Part shown: in pieces, positions 34,901 to 43,666 of the stretch
How the letters are laid out: every line of letters begins with the position of its first letter
How positions within the stretch are numbered: the first letter of the stretch is position 1
Assembly (NCBI GenBank): GCA_035765675.1
Contig: DASTXC010000123.1
Location: 11,180-75,179, forward strand
DNA length: 64,000 nt
DNA from: Verrucomicrobiia bacterium
Lineage (GTDB): Bacteria; Verrucomicrobiota; Verrucomicrobiia; Limisphaerales; DASXHY01
Direction of reading: 5' to 3'
Translations under genes and position numbers: made by a program
The notes under the pieces: model-generated
Told to the model about the DNA's origin: nothing
The model's input: the letters and a program-made list of their open reading frames with translations, nothing else
The model's database searches: none

Positions 34901-37900
34901 GTGCGATCTGTTTGTTCTGACTTCACGCGAAGATCCGTTTCCGCTGGTGATGCTTGAAGCCGCCGCGCTCGGAAAACCGCTGGTGTGCTTCGAACAGTCC
35001 GGCGGCGCTCCGGAATTCTGCACCATGGGCGCTGGAATCGCCGTGCCGCATCTCGACGTTCAAGCAATGGCGAAGGCCTGCGCCGAACTGCTCGAAGATG
35101 AAGTTCGTCGAAATCAAATCGGTGAACGCGCGGCTCAACTCACGCAGGAACATTTCGATATCAACGTCATTGCACCGGCCATCTGGAACGAACTTCAGGA
35201 ACTGCGGAAACACGGCTTGGCCACGAATTCTCGTTCCGTCGTTGAAGCGACACAATCCTCCGCGCAGGAATCCGGTTCCCAGTCAAAAGTTTCGATTGTC
35301 ATTCCCGTTCACAATAATCTCAAGCTGACTGCGGAATGCCTGAACGCCATCCACCGCAATACTTCCGAACAGTCGGATTATGAAATCATTGTGGTTGATG
35401 ACGCGTCCGATGATGGCACGTTCGAATTCCTTCGGAATGCCCGGAAGTTTTATCCGCGATTGCGAACCGTTCAGCTCGGCAGCAATTCCGGATTTTCGCG
35501 CGCCTGCAATGCCGGTGCGCGAGCCGCGCGGGGTGAATTTGTTCTGTTCCTCAACAACGACACGCAACCGGAAGCGGGCTGGTTGGAAGCGTTGCTGTGC
35601 GCCTTTGATCAGGATTCACAGCTTGGCATCGCGGGCAGCCTGTTGCTTTTCCCAAAACGCACAGCAAACGAAAACGAACCCGACCGCGTTCAGCATTGCG
35701 GCATAGCATTCAATTCACGCAAGGAATCACTTCATCTCTACAAATTCTGCCTCGCGGATCAGCCGTTCGTTCGGCAGACCCGTGAGTATCAGGCGGTGAC
35801 TGCCGCAAGCATGATGATTCCGCGCGACCTGTTCAATCAGGTGGGTGGCTTTGATGAAGGCTATCTCAACGGCGGCGAAGACCTGGACCTGTGCTTCAAA
35901 ATCCGCGCCCTCGGCCGCAAGATCATCTGCTGCGCGGAAAGCGTGATCCGCCATTTCGAATCCGCATCCGTCAAGAGCGGACACAGCTCCAGCAACGCGA
36001 ACTATCGACGCTTCCTCGAACGCTGGCAAAATCAGATTCAAGCCGACGAAGAACAATTCTATCAAAACGACGGAATATCCACGCAACGCGGAATGCGCAT
36101 TGCGATGGTCACTCCGCTGCGGCCCCTCAAGACCGGTGTGGCCGATTACGTCGAGGAACTGCTGCCCGAACTCAGCAAACACGCGCGAATCGATTTCTTT
36201 GTCGATGATTTCGTTCCTTCCAGTCGCGAGGTGTTAAAGCATTGCCTTGTTCACTCCATCAGCGACATCGACGGCGCGGACTGGACCTATCGTTACGACG
36301 CCGTGGTGTACCACCTCGGCAACAACCGATTTCACGGCGAGATTTACAAGCTGGCTGCAAATCGTCCGGGCATTGTCGTTCTCCATGAATACGACTGCCG
36401 CGGATGCGCGAATGAACCATCGAGCCGATTGCATTTGCGCGGTGTGTTGAACCGCTCGCAGGCCGTCATCGTTCACAACGAACACTCCCGCCGCCTGCTG
36501 CATCAGGAATTTCCCAGTCTGCCCATCAGCGTCATTCCGCATCTGCTTTCAGAAAAGGCGATGCATGTGGACGCTGCCGCGTCGGCGCGTGAAAGGGTGC
36601 AGCTTCCGAAAAACGCCTTCGTCATTACCTCGCTCGGCCTCGTCCAGCTTCACAAGCGCAATCACATAACGCTCGAAGCGTTTGCCCGTTTCGCGAAACG
36701 CAATCCGCAGGCGCTGCTCGTTCTGGCCGGCGAAGCGCCCGACTCTCAGTTCCGCGCGCTGCTCAATAAACGCATTCAGGACGAATCATTGCAGAACCGT
36801 GTTCGAATCACCGGCTGGGTCACTGACGAACAGTTCTTCGATTACCTCAGTGCGGCTGATGTGACGGTCAATCTCCGTTATCCCGCGCGCGGCGAAGAAT
36901 CCGGCAGCCTCACGCGCATTCTCGGCTGCGGCAAACCCGCCATCGTTTCCAACTTCGCTCAGTTCGCCGACATCCCGGACGAATGCGTGATCAAGCTCGA
37001 TTTTGACAATGAGGTGAATGATCTCGTTGCGATCTGGGAAAACCTGATCAAGAACCCGGGCGAACGTGAAAAACGCGCCACTGCTGCGCGAAACTATTAC
37101 CGGACGCGCAATGACGCACGACAGGTCGCCGCGCTCTATGCCCAAACCTGCCGCGAAGCCGGCCGGATCTCCGAAGGCGATCTGCAACTGCGCCGTCCGC
37201 GCTACCAGTTCCCGTCCGACAAACGCGCAAAACTTCTCTGGCAGGCACCGGTGTTCGATTCTCATGACCGCAACCGTGGAATCATTCTCGCGCTCGACCG
37301 CTTGAAGGTTCCAATTCGGGTTCAATCCAATGCATCTCTGAATTCCAGCTCCGCGTTGCTCAATCCCGAAGACTTCGAACGGTTGAATGAACTTTCCACA
37401 CTGGAAACCTCGGAGCAGGTCATTCAGGTCTTCAGCGGCGATCCAACCGCATTCCGCCGCGCCTCAAATGCATTCGCGACGGTTGCCTTCGTCCGCTCTT
37501 TGGACGCTGTTGAAATCCGTCGCTGGATTCAAACCCGCGCAGACGAATTCTGGGCGGGTTCGGAAGCCATTCGACAAGCATTGATCCAGGCCGGCGTTGC
37601 GGAAACACAGGTGGCGCTCGTTCCACCCGGCGTCTCCGCTCTGGCTTACGGCGCCACGGTCAACGAACTGCGCCCGAATGGATTGTTTCGTTTTCTATGT
37701 GTCACCGACTGGAGTCCGGGCAGCGGCTGGGAAACTGTGGCACGAGCTTTCCTGCGCGAATTCCGGAATCCCGCCGAAGCGCAGTTGGTGATCAAATGTT
37801 CCCTGACCCATTTGAGTCACGCAGAAAAGGTTGCGCTTTACCAACAGACCTTGTCTCGGTTCTCTCGCGAGAACCCGGAGTTCTCGCCGGAACAATTTCG

Positions 37901-40900
37901 AATGATCAGCGGCGACACGCATTGCCGCGGCGAAGACATCATGCCCGCCTTCTATTCGTCCGGGAGTGCATTGATCCACGTTCCGACAAATCCATCCACT
38001 GGACGCGCCGTGATCGAAGCACTCGCGCTGGGACTGCCCGTGATCGCGGGCGAAGCCGTTAACGCCGCATATCCCGACCTGGGCAAATTCCTGAAGATCG
38101 TCCGGCGCAAACCCAATCAATCCGTCGCGGATGAAACACATTTGAGACAATTGATGCGTGCGCTCGTGGCCGACCGTTTGGGTTCACAACTTCCTGCGAT
38201 CAAAGCGCGCCAGCATTGCCTCTCGCACCTGACGTGGGAAAGCATTGCTGAATTCGCAGCCGCGCGGCTTGCCAATCTGATGGATCGCGAGACCACTTCG
38301 ACAACGCAGCCGGATCTCGAAAAGAAATCCGCGCCATCAACGACCGTTGACAAACCTGCTACTTACCTGCCCCCGTCCGAACTTCTGAGCGCCCGGCAGG
38401 TTCGCTGGCAGTCACCGGTCTTCGATCCCAGCGGCTATGCGGATGAATCCCGTTATCTGATCCGCCACCTCAAGGATCAGGTTCCAATGCGGCTCGAATC
38501 GATTGGCCGCATGTCGAAGCAATTTCGCGAGGCGATGGAGCAAACCGAACGGCGCGATCTGGAGAAGCTGCTTGCAAACCCCGTTGCTTCAGAACATATC
38601 CAGGTCACTGTCGCTCCCGCGTACGCCTTGCGACGTGATCCTCAGGCGCGCTATGCGGTGGGAAGAACAACGTTCGAAACCGACCGTCTCCCGGCCGACT
38701 GGGTCGCCGCCTGTAACGGGATGGATGAAATCTGGGTTCCAGGAAATTTCAATGCGGACACTTTCCGAAAAGCGGGCGTCACGGTGCCGATACACATTGT
38801 TCCGCAGGGAGTGGATACAGAACGCTTTCGCCCAGGATTGAAGCCGCTTCAGATTCAAGGCCGCCGCGGCTTTGCATTCCTTTCTGTCTTTGAATGGATC
38901 CACCGCAAGGGCTGGGATGTTCTTCTTCGCGCCTGGGCGGAAGCATTCCGAGCTGACGACGATGTTTGCCTGATCATTCGCTCTTATCTGCCAAATGTCA
39001 CGGAAGGCTCGAGTTCAACAGATCAAATCAAACAGCGCATTTCAGACTTTCTGAAAAAGGAACTTGGAAGAACGCTCGACAGCGTTGCGCCGATCATTGT
39101 TCTCGGTGAACAGATCGCCCAGCTTGATATGCCCCGTCTGTATGCCAGCGCGGACGCCTTCGTGCTGCCAAGCCGGGGCGAAGGATGGGGACGCCCTTTC
39201 ATGGAAGCGATGGCCTGTGGGCTGCCGGTGATTGGAACCCGCTGGAGCGGACAGTTGGCGTTTATGAACGATGCCAGCTCGCTGCTGATTGACATCGAAG
39301 GTCTGGAAAACATCGGTAACGAGATGGAGTTCCCGATGTATCGTGGTCATCAATGGGCTTGCCCTTCCGTCAATCATCTCAAGACCCTGCTCCAGCAAGT
39401 CCTGGCTGATCCCGAATCCGCCCGAAAGAGAGGACAAGCCGCCGCCGCTGACGTCCGGGAAAACTGGTCCTGGACCAAAGCCGCCGCATTCGCGAAGTTG
39501 CGCATCGCCGCGATCAACGAACAACTCGGCGCGAAGCCAGAAGCAACAGCGTCGCAATCGATCTCCAAACACGAAGCCACAGTCGTCGCCTGGGAAGGCT
39601 CGTTCCTTGATTTCGGCAGTCTTTCGCATGTGAATCGCGCGATCACAGAATCGCTGGAAAAAGATTCTTCCATTGATCTCCGTCGAGTAAACAATGGGCA
39701 AACGCCTGGAGACATTCTTTCCAATTACAAATCCAGGCTGTCGAATACCGTTGCCAATGCTGAAATCACGGTTCGCCATTCGTGGCCGCCGAACTGGTCG
39801 AAGCCAAAGTCCGGCAAGCTCGCCGTCATCCAGCCCTGGGAATTCGGTGCGTTACCAGCCGATTGGGTGAAGCAATCCGCAAACGTGGACGAGTTCTGGG
39901 TCCCCACCGAAACCGTGCGGCGGTTCTACACCGAATCCGGTATTGATGCCGCAAAGGTTCACATTGTTCCGAACGGAATTGATCCCAGCGTGTTTCATCC
40001 GGATGCCTCCCCCCGACAACTGCCAACGAAGAAAAATTTTCGTTTCCTGTTTGTCGGCGGAACCATTGGCCGAAAAGGTCCGGATGTTCTTCTGAACGCG
40101 TATCTCAAGAACTTCACGGCAGCGGATGACGTTTGCCTCGTGATCAAGGATTTCGGCGGCAACTCGGTTTATCGCGGTCAGACCTTTGCCGAGCAGATTA
40201 AACAGGCACAGCGGATTCCAAACGCGCCGGAAATTCTCCATCTCGACGAGGAACTTTCACCGGAAGAATTGCCGGGACTTTACACTGCGTGCCAGTGTCT
40301 GGTTCATCCGTATCGCGGCGAAGGTTTCGGGTTGCCGGTTTTAGAAGCGATGGCCTGCGGCCTTCCAGTGATCGTCACCGGCGGAGGCGCTACGGACGAT
40401 TTCGCTACGGACGATTTCGCATATCGTATTCCTTCGACACGCCGCAGCATCGGCAATGAAGTTGGCGGAATGAAAACCGTTTCAGAAGCATGGTTGCTCG
40501 AACCCGACGCGAATGCTCTCGCCGATCGAATGAAATGGGCCGTGGCAAATCCAAATGAAGCTCGCCAGCAGGGAAGCGCCGCCAGCGAACATGCCCGACG
40601 CAACTGGACCTGGCAGCGCGCCGCACAAATCGCCGCTGAACGAATTCGCGCACTCACCTGTCGCGACGCCGCGAAGCCGGTTGTCGCTTCAGCCAAATCC
40701 ATTCCGGCCGTTGCGACCCTCGGTGTGCTTTCGAAGGCGCGGGAACAATACGCTCGAAAAGCATGGTCTCAGGCATGGACCGAAACGATTGTCGCTATCG
40801 GCAAGCGTCCCTTCCATCCCGAAGCGTTTCTGCTGCTCGCTGAAATTGCCCTCGCCGCGGGTGATGGTGACAGCGCAAAAAAACTGGCGCAGCATGCGCG

Positions 40901-42632
40901 TGTTCTCGCGCCCGGCTGGAAAGCTGCGAAACAGTTTCTGCAAAAGCCGCTGAAGGGTAATGCAACGCCCGACTGGCTCGTGTTGCCCGAATCCATCAGC
41001 AATTCACCATCAGCCATCAACCATCGCCTCTCCGTCTGCGTCATCACGAAAAACGAAGAACGCTTCATTGAACAATGTCTGAAGTCGATCAAGCCGATTG
41101 CACATCAGATCGTCGTGGTGGATACCGGCTCGACGGATCGCACGGTGGAGATTGCGAAAAGTCTCGGTGCGGAAGTTCATGCGTTCACCTGGTGCGATGA
41201 TTTCAGCGCGGCGCGCAATGCCGCGCTGGAACATGCGACAGGCGATTGGGTTTTGATGCTGGACGCTGACGAAGAACTGCCTGCCGATCAGCACGCGAAT
41301 TTGTTGAAGGACATTCAGAAAAATTCCGCGATTGCCTGTCGCCTGCCGCTCGTGAATATCGGTCAAAACGACGGTCGCAGTTTTGTGCCGCGTTTGTTCC
41401 GCAACGCGCCGGGCGCGCATTTCTACGGGCGCATTCACGAACAGGTTTTTCCAAGTCTGATCCCTTATTGCAAACCCTGGGGATTGGAAACGCTGCTCGG
41501 CTCCGCACAGTTGCTGCATCACGGTTACACGAAAGAACTCGTGAAAGATCGCAACAAGATTGAGCGCAATCTGCGTTTGCTGGAACAGGCTGTTGTGGAA
41601 CGTCCGAACGATCCGAACCTGATCATGAATTTTGGATTGGAACTGGTTCGCTCCGGCGAACTGACCCAAGGTTTGGAGAAATATCGCCAAGCGTTTCAAT
41701 TGATGTCCGCGCAACCATCGTCGGATGTGGTTCCCGAATTGCGCGAAGTGCTGCTCACGCAGATCACGGCGCATCTTTACAAGGAACGCCAGCACGATGA
41801 AATCGTTCGCATCCTGGCTTCGCCGCTGGCGAAAAACGGCGGATTGACCGCATCGCTGCATTTCGCACTCGGCCTCGCGCTGTTTGAGTTGAAGCAGCCA
41901 CGCGAAGCGGCGGAGCAAATGCGTCAATGCGTGGCAAAACGAAATCAGCCCGCGCTGGCTCCCATCAACACGGACATTCTCACTGCCGCGCCGAATCATT
42001 GTCTCGCATTGAGCCTCGCGCAGACCGGCGATGTAGCGGGAGCCAAAGAAGCTTTTAAAACTGCGCTCACGGAATCCGGCAGGCTGGAGAATGTGAAATT
42101 CGATTTCGCAAAGTTGCTGGCTTCACAGAATGAACCGGTCGAAGCGTTGCACAAATTGCATGAAGTGGTTGCGCAGGATCCAACTCATGTGAACGCGTGG
42201 AAACTCGGCGCGGAGATTGCCTTGAAGCAGCGGGAGTTTCTGGAATTCGCCTGCGACTGGACCAGCGAAGCGATTCGCGCGCTGCCGAACGATCCGACGA
42301 TCATCGCGTTTCGCGCGGAAGCATTGCTGCTCAGCCAGCAGACGCAACACGCGCGGCCGCTTTGGGAAAAAGCGTGCAACTGCGTTCGTCCGCCCAATGC
42401 GCTTGCAGCATTCATTCTCTGTTCGGCAGTGGAATCGCAACCGATTCCCGAAACGCGCAATGCCGATGAAGAACTCGCGGCCAGCAAAGCGTTCGTGGGA
42501 TGGTATCAACGGCTCGTTAATGCCGGCGCAAAGGAAACGGTGATTCGCTTGAATTCACGGGTGGATGCATTGCGAACTTCATTGCCGACCGCAGCTCGGC
42601 TGCTGGATTCAGCACTGGCGGAAGCGAAGTAA
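31935..42632 (+). CDS. 3565-aa multi-module glycosyltransferase megaprotein (pyruvyl-transferase-like, sialyltransferase-like, 5x GT4(-like), 2x GT2, TPR)
   Basis: Single uninterrupted frame. The first ATG after the upstream stop is at 31935; the ORF-track start at 31794 overlaps the methyltransferase gene. Module motifs are listed in the findings. Ser/Thr/Gln/Pro-rich linkers separate the modules. Confidence 0.85.
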   Translation: MNPATFISSNAAVRESQSTPFVALFNDTGRTAHVGCRGVSLAHDTMLAAAGFKIAVRSFLGEWHELWQGNPENSLRAFRNSRLARDLRRVDAVIVNGEGTIHHGGGLHLLTILAGAQEMGLPTFLVNAVFQECECYADTLRKLTDFTVRDAASSAYLKQLGIPHRIVLDSIFDAPFDSNPLNDFKGKVVITDWHPTREGDVGCALKQLLRELGTEAVFYPLEDPQRERDWRHAVADLAQAKLVITARHHGVCLAALAGVPFVALGSNTWKVEGMLELLPGNLKVCSDLPMLRQECERAALNRKLFKEIQRHVLGQRPLSTFEKLACLPPNKPLATRRLKIDLNKPMKTSTSGILLLPTGISQLATMIAALRQMNIETGDLRVLSIISCFNAAMETALRAACEIWGARYCGNISRVVRNWRLDPDQLSPAEAQSWRSHPEEVISERLLQIVPELREHCGLRTLVPARPNMPEDFYFLSALKPSSVHLVADGIQNELILRDWTTPDWRGFNSTLAVFPAKADIWCPDYLALDSAEIGNAKVIEPAIMSAVYRELAASSLGKHLEQQIRSCGTLPPAIVLSQHLGLSKLCTETEELDYYSAILSHLEKEGLSPVLFKRHPRDPGAKTQRLLTEFPKDRLPVVFTDDLAACVPIECLLPLWAGQELTVIGSSSSALLGLRNDACVTSLCADADFVSEPLRQQVLQFSAKHGLKQLRLENPAVSNPILPAEIAVPQTQKHILFVSHDASRSGAPMFLLNLLRWLKANTSASFKVLLRNGGPLEPEFRTLAETFTPETFGRHGRNLAGVNLIYSNTCTNGELIDSLGRGSIPVLTHMHELDYAISYFGEKSWMAATRQTSHYFGCAEAVVQTLAQRGISGNVSRHYEAISVQEVQARAALTPRVEAKKNNQIPENAFVVAACGSADWRKGTDLFIELAQVLKQSKTSRPVHLVWIGRFPDDNHRQQYLAAVAKAGVPDRLHFAGEQANPCPLLNACDLFVLTSREDPFPLVMLEAAALGKPLVCFEQSGGAPEFCTMGAGIAVPHLDVQAMAKACAELLEDEVRRNQIGERAAQLTQEHFDINVIAPAIWNELQELRKHGLATNSRSVVEATQSSAQESGSQSKVSIVIPVHNNLKLTAECLNAIHRNTSEQSDYEIIVVDDASDDGTFEFLRNARKFYPRLRTVQLGSNSGFSRACNAGARAARGEFVLFLNNDTQPEAGWLEALLCAFDQDSQLGIAGSLLLFPKRTANENEPDRVQHCGIAFNSRKESLHLYKFCLADQPFVRQTREYQAVTAASMMIPRDLFNQVGGFDEGYLNGGEDLDLCFKIRALGRKIICCAESVIRHFESASVKSGHSSSNANYRRFLERWQNQIQADEEQFYQNDGISTQRGMRIAMVTPLRPLKTGVADYVEELLPELSKHARIDFFVDDFVPSSREVLKHCLVHSISDIDGADWTYRYDAVVYHLGNNRFHGEIYKLAANRPGIVVLHEYDCRGCANEPSSRLHLRGVLNRSQAVIVHNEHSRRLLHQEFPSLPISVIPHLLSEKAMHVDAAASARERVQLPKNAFVITSLGLVQLHKRNHITLEAFARFAKRNPQALLVLAGEAPDSQFRALLNKRIQDESLQNRVRITGWVTDEQFFDYLSAADVTVNLRYPARGEESGSLTRILGCGKPAIVSNFAQFADIPDECVIKLDFDNEVNDLVAIWENLIKNPGEREKRATAARNYYRTRNDARQVAALYAQTCREAGRISEGDLQLRRPRYQFPSDKRAKLLWQAPVFDSHDRNRGIILALDRLKVPIRVQSNASLNSSSALLNPEDFERLNELSTLETSEQVIQVFSGDPTAFRRASNAFATVAFVRSLDAVEIRRWIQTRADEFWAGSEAIRQALIQAGVAETQVALVPPGVSALAYGATVNELRPNGLFRFLCVTDWSPGSGWETVARAFLREFRNPAEAQLVIKCSLTHLSHAEKVALYQQTLSRFSRENPEFSPEQFRMISGDTHCRGEDIMPAFYSSGSALIHVPTNPSTGRAVIEALALGLPVIAGEAVNAAYPDLGKFLKIVRRKPNQSVADETHLRQLMRALVADRLGSQLPAIKARQHCLSHLTWESIAEFAAARLANLMDRETTSTTQPDLEKKSAPSTTVDKPATYLPPSELLSARQVRWQSPVFDPSGYADESRYLIRHLKDQVPMRLESIGRMSKQFREAMEQTERRDLEKLLANPVASEHIQVTVAPAYALRRDPQARYAVGRTTFETDRLPADWVAACNGMDEIWVPGNFNADTFRKAGVTVPIHIVPQGVDTERFRPGLKPLQIQGRRGFAFLSVFEWIHRKGWDVLLRAWAEAFRADDDVCLIIRSYLPNVTEGSSSTDQIKQRISDFLKKELGRTLDSVAPIIVLGEQIAQLDMPRLYASADAFVLPSRGEGWGRPFMEAMACGLPVIGTRWSGQLAFMNDASSLLIDIEGLENIGNEMEFPMYRGHQWACPSVNHLKTLLQQVLADPESARKRGQAAAADVRENWSWTKAAAFAKLRIAAINEQLGAKPEATASQSISKHEATVVAWEGSFLDFGSLSHVNRAITESLEKDSSIDLRRVNNGQTPGDILSNYKSRLSNTVANAEITVRHSWPPNWSKPKSGKLAVIQPWEFGALPADWVKQSANVDEFWVPTETVRRFYTESGIDAAKVHIVPNGIDPSVFHPDASPRQLPTKKNFRFLFVGGTIGRKGPDVLLNAYLKNFTAADDVCLVIKDFGGNSVYRGQTFAEQIKQAQRIPNAPEILHLDEELSPEELPGLYTACQCLVHPYRGEGFGLPVLEAMACGLPVIVTGGGATDDFATDDFAYRIPSTRRSIGNEVGGMKTVSEAWLLEPDANALADRMKWAVANPNEARQQGSAASEHARRNWTWQRAAQIAAERIRALTCRDAAKPVVASAKSIPAVATLGVLSKAREQYARKAWSQAWTETIVAIGKRPFHPEAFLLLAEIALAAGDGDSAKKLAQHARVLAPGWKAAKQFLQKPLKGNATPDWLVLPESISNSPSAINHRLSVCVITKNEERFIEQCLKSIKPIAHQIVVVDTGSTDRTVEIAKSLGAEVHAFTWCDDFSAARNAALEHATGDWVLMLDADEELPADQHANLLKDIQKNSAIACRLPLVNIGQNDGRSFVPRLFRNAPGAHFYGRIHEQVFPSLIPYCKPWGLETLLGSAQLLHHGYTKELVKDRNKIERNLRLLEQAVVERPNDPNLIMNFGLELVRSGELTQGLEKYRQAFQLMSAQPSSDVVPELREVLLTQITAHLYKERQHDEIVRILASPLAKNGGLTASLHFALGLALFELKQPREAAEQMRQCVAKRNQPALAPINTDILTAAPNHCLALSLAQTGDVAGAKEAFKTALTESGRLENVKFDFAKLLASQNEPVEALHKLHEVVAQDPTHVNAWKLGAEIALKQREFLEFACDWTSEAIRALPNDPTIIAFRAEALLLSQQTQHARPLWEKACNCVRPPNALAAFILCSAVESQPIPETRNADEELAASKAFVGWYQRLVNAGAKETVIRLNSRVDALRTSLPTAARLLDSALAEAK

Positions 42633-42638
42633 CTGACG

Positions 42639-42668
42639 TAGCGGCGTCTCGTAAGAGCGCCGCATTTT
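42639..42668 (+). terminator. Rho-independent terminator after megaprotein gene
   Basis: GCGGCG (42639-42644), 11-nt loop, CGCCGC (42656-42661), followed by ATTTTTT. Confidence 0.75.
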
Positions 42669-42678
42669 TTCAGATCGC

Positions 42679-42708
42679 ATGGCTCGCGCTTGCGAACTGT
42701 TGGCGCGA
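42679..42708 (+). repeat. Repeat family F, second copy
   Basis: GGCTCGCGCTTGCGAACTGTTGGCGCGAAC. Compare 28262-28291. Confidence 0.85.
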
Positions 42709-42736
42709 ACGAGAGTTGCTAACGTTCCTCAGAAAA

Positions 42737-42794
42737 CCCTCACCCCGTCCCTCTCCCATCCGATGGGAGAGGGTGTCCGAAGGACGGGTGAGGG
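42737..42794. repeat. Compound (nested) palindromic element
   Basis: Outer arms CCCTCACCCCGTCC / GGACGGGTGAGGG. Inner perfect 10-bp palindrome CTCTCCCATC-C-GATGGGAGAG. Located between convergent genes. Confidence 0.85.
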
Positions 42795-42875
42795 CTTCGT
42801 TTAATCCTTAAGCTCTCTGAAACGCTTCCTGATGTTTCGGAAAAATTTGCGGCGTTCTCAAAGCGCCGGCGCCGA

Positions 42876-43361
42876 TTACAGTTTCATGATTCGTTCCAAC
42901 AATCCGGTCGTTGATTTTCCTGGAACGAATTGGATCAACACAATTTTTCCACCGGCATTTTCCACAATGCGGCGTTCTTCCTGATTCAAGGTTTCAAGCG
43001 TGTAATCGCCGCCTTTGACATAGATGTCCGGTTGCGCCACGGCCAGAAAACCGGCGGCGCTTTTGTCATCGAAAATGCAAACGCCGTTCACGCTTTCCAA
43101 CGCGGCCAGAACGCCGGCGCGATCTTCCTGGCTGTTCACTGGGCGACCTTCGCCTTTCAAACCGCGCACCGCTGCGTCGCTGTTCATGCCGACCAACAGG
43201 GCGTCACCTTCGTTGCGCGCCCTCTCTAGATACGTGACGTGGCCGAGATGCAAAATGTCGAAACAGCCGTTGGTCACGACGAGTTTCCGTCCGCTGTCGC
43301 GCATCTGTTTGCGCCAGGCGGGAAGATTTTCCAGGGAGATGATTTTGCTTCGGAAATTCAT
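42876..43361 (-). CDS. hldC: D-glycero-beta-D-manno-heptose 1-phosphate adenylyltransferase-like (RfaE domain II / cytidylyltransferase fold)
   Basis: KLVVTNGCFDILHLGHVTYLERARNEGDALLVGMNSDAAVRGLKGEGRPVNSQEDRAGVLAALESV...VKGGDY is the typical HldE C-terminal domain. 161 aa. Confidence 0.8.
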   Translation of the reverse strand: MNFRSKIISLENLPAWRKQMRDSGRKLVVTNGCFDILHLGHVTYLERARNEGDALLVGMNSDAAVRGLKGEGRPVNSQEDRAGVLAALESVNGVCIFDDKSAAGFLAVAQPDIYVKGGDYTLETLNQEERRIVENAGGKIVLIQFVPGKSTTGLLERIMKL

Positions 43362-43548
43362 CGTCGGACTCTGGCGAGTCTCGAATGAGTTTTCAATGTG
43401 AAATGATGAATGTGAATGACAAATGGCAGAGGATTCGCAGGTGTAGCGTTGAGCCTGTGGCCCAACCGAGAATCAAAAAATCGGCGTGCCGCGCGATGCG
43501 AATTCAATTATCGCGAATTTTTAGTAATCCTTTGAAATCGTCATACTC

Positions 43549-43593
43549 GCCGGCTGCCAGCCGGCGACACAGCAGACTGTCAGTCTGCGCTAC
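43549..43593. repeat. Repeat family C, solo unit
   Basis: GCCGGCTGCCAGCCGGCGACACAGCAGACTGTCAGTCTGCGCTAC. It lies inside the spurious N-terminal extension of ORF 43385. Confidence 0.85.
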
Positions 43594-43666
43594 GCGCTAC
43601 CCGTCGCCAGTGCACCACGCACCACGATCATTCCCGGCTTGCCTTTCGAGTGATTCAGTAGAGAAG

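Noticed and set aside
41010-41999. 329-aa minus-strand ORF; similar long antisense ORFs at 44228-45304, 47085-48131, 48524-49858, 49877-51067, 27270-28199, 21629-22696, 17276-18238, 15762-16640 and 1602-2411
   Set aside because: All lie opposite genes with strong domain signatures (GT2/TPR, GH27, kinases, HD-GYP, gatB, mtnA, ileS). They have Arg-rich, motif-free translations and are interpreted as GC-driven shadow ORFs.
43385-43666. N-terminal 94 codons of the ORF-track alpha-galactosidase ORF
   Set aside because: This stretch runs through a family-C repeat (43549-43593) and has no signal peptide. A classical signal peptide starts at the ATG at 43667, so the shorter gene model was used.
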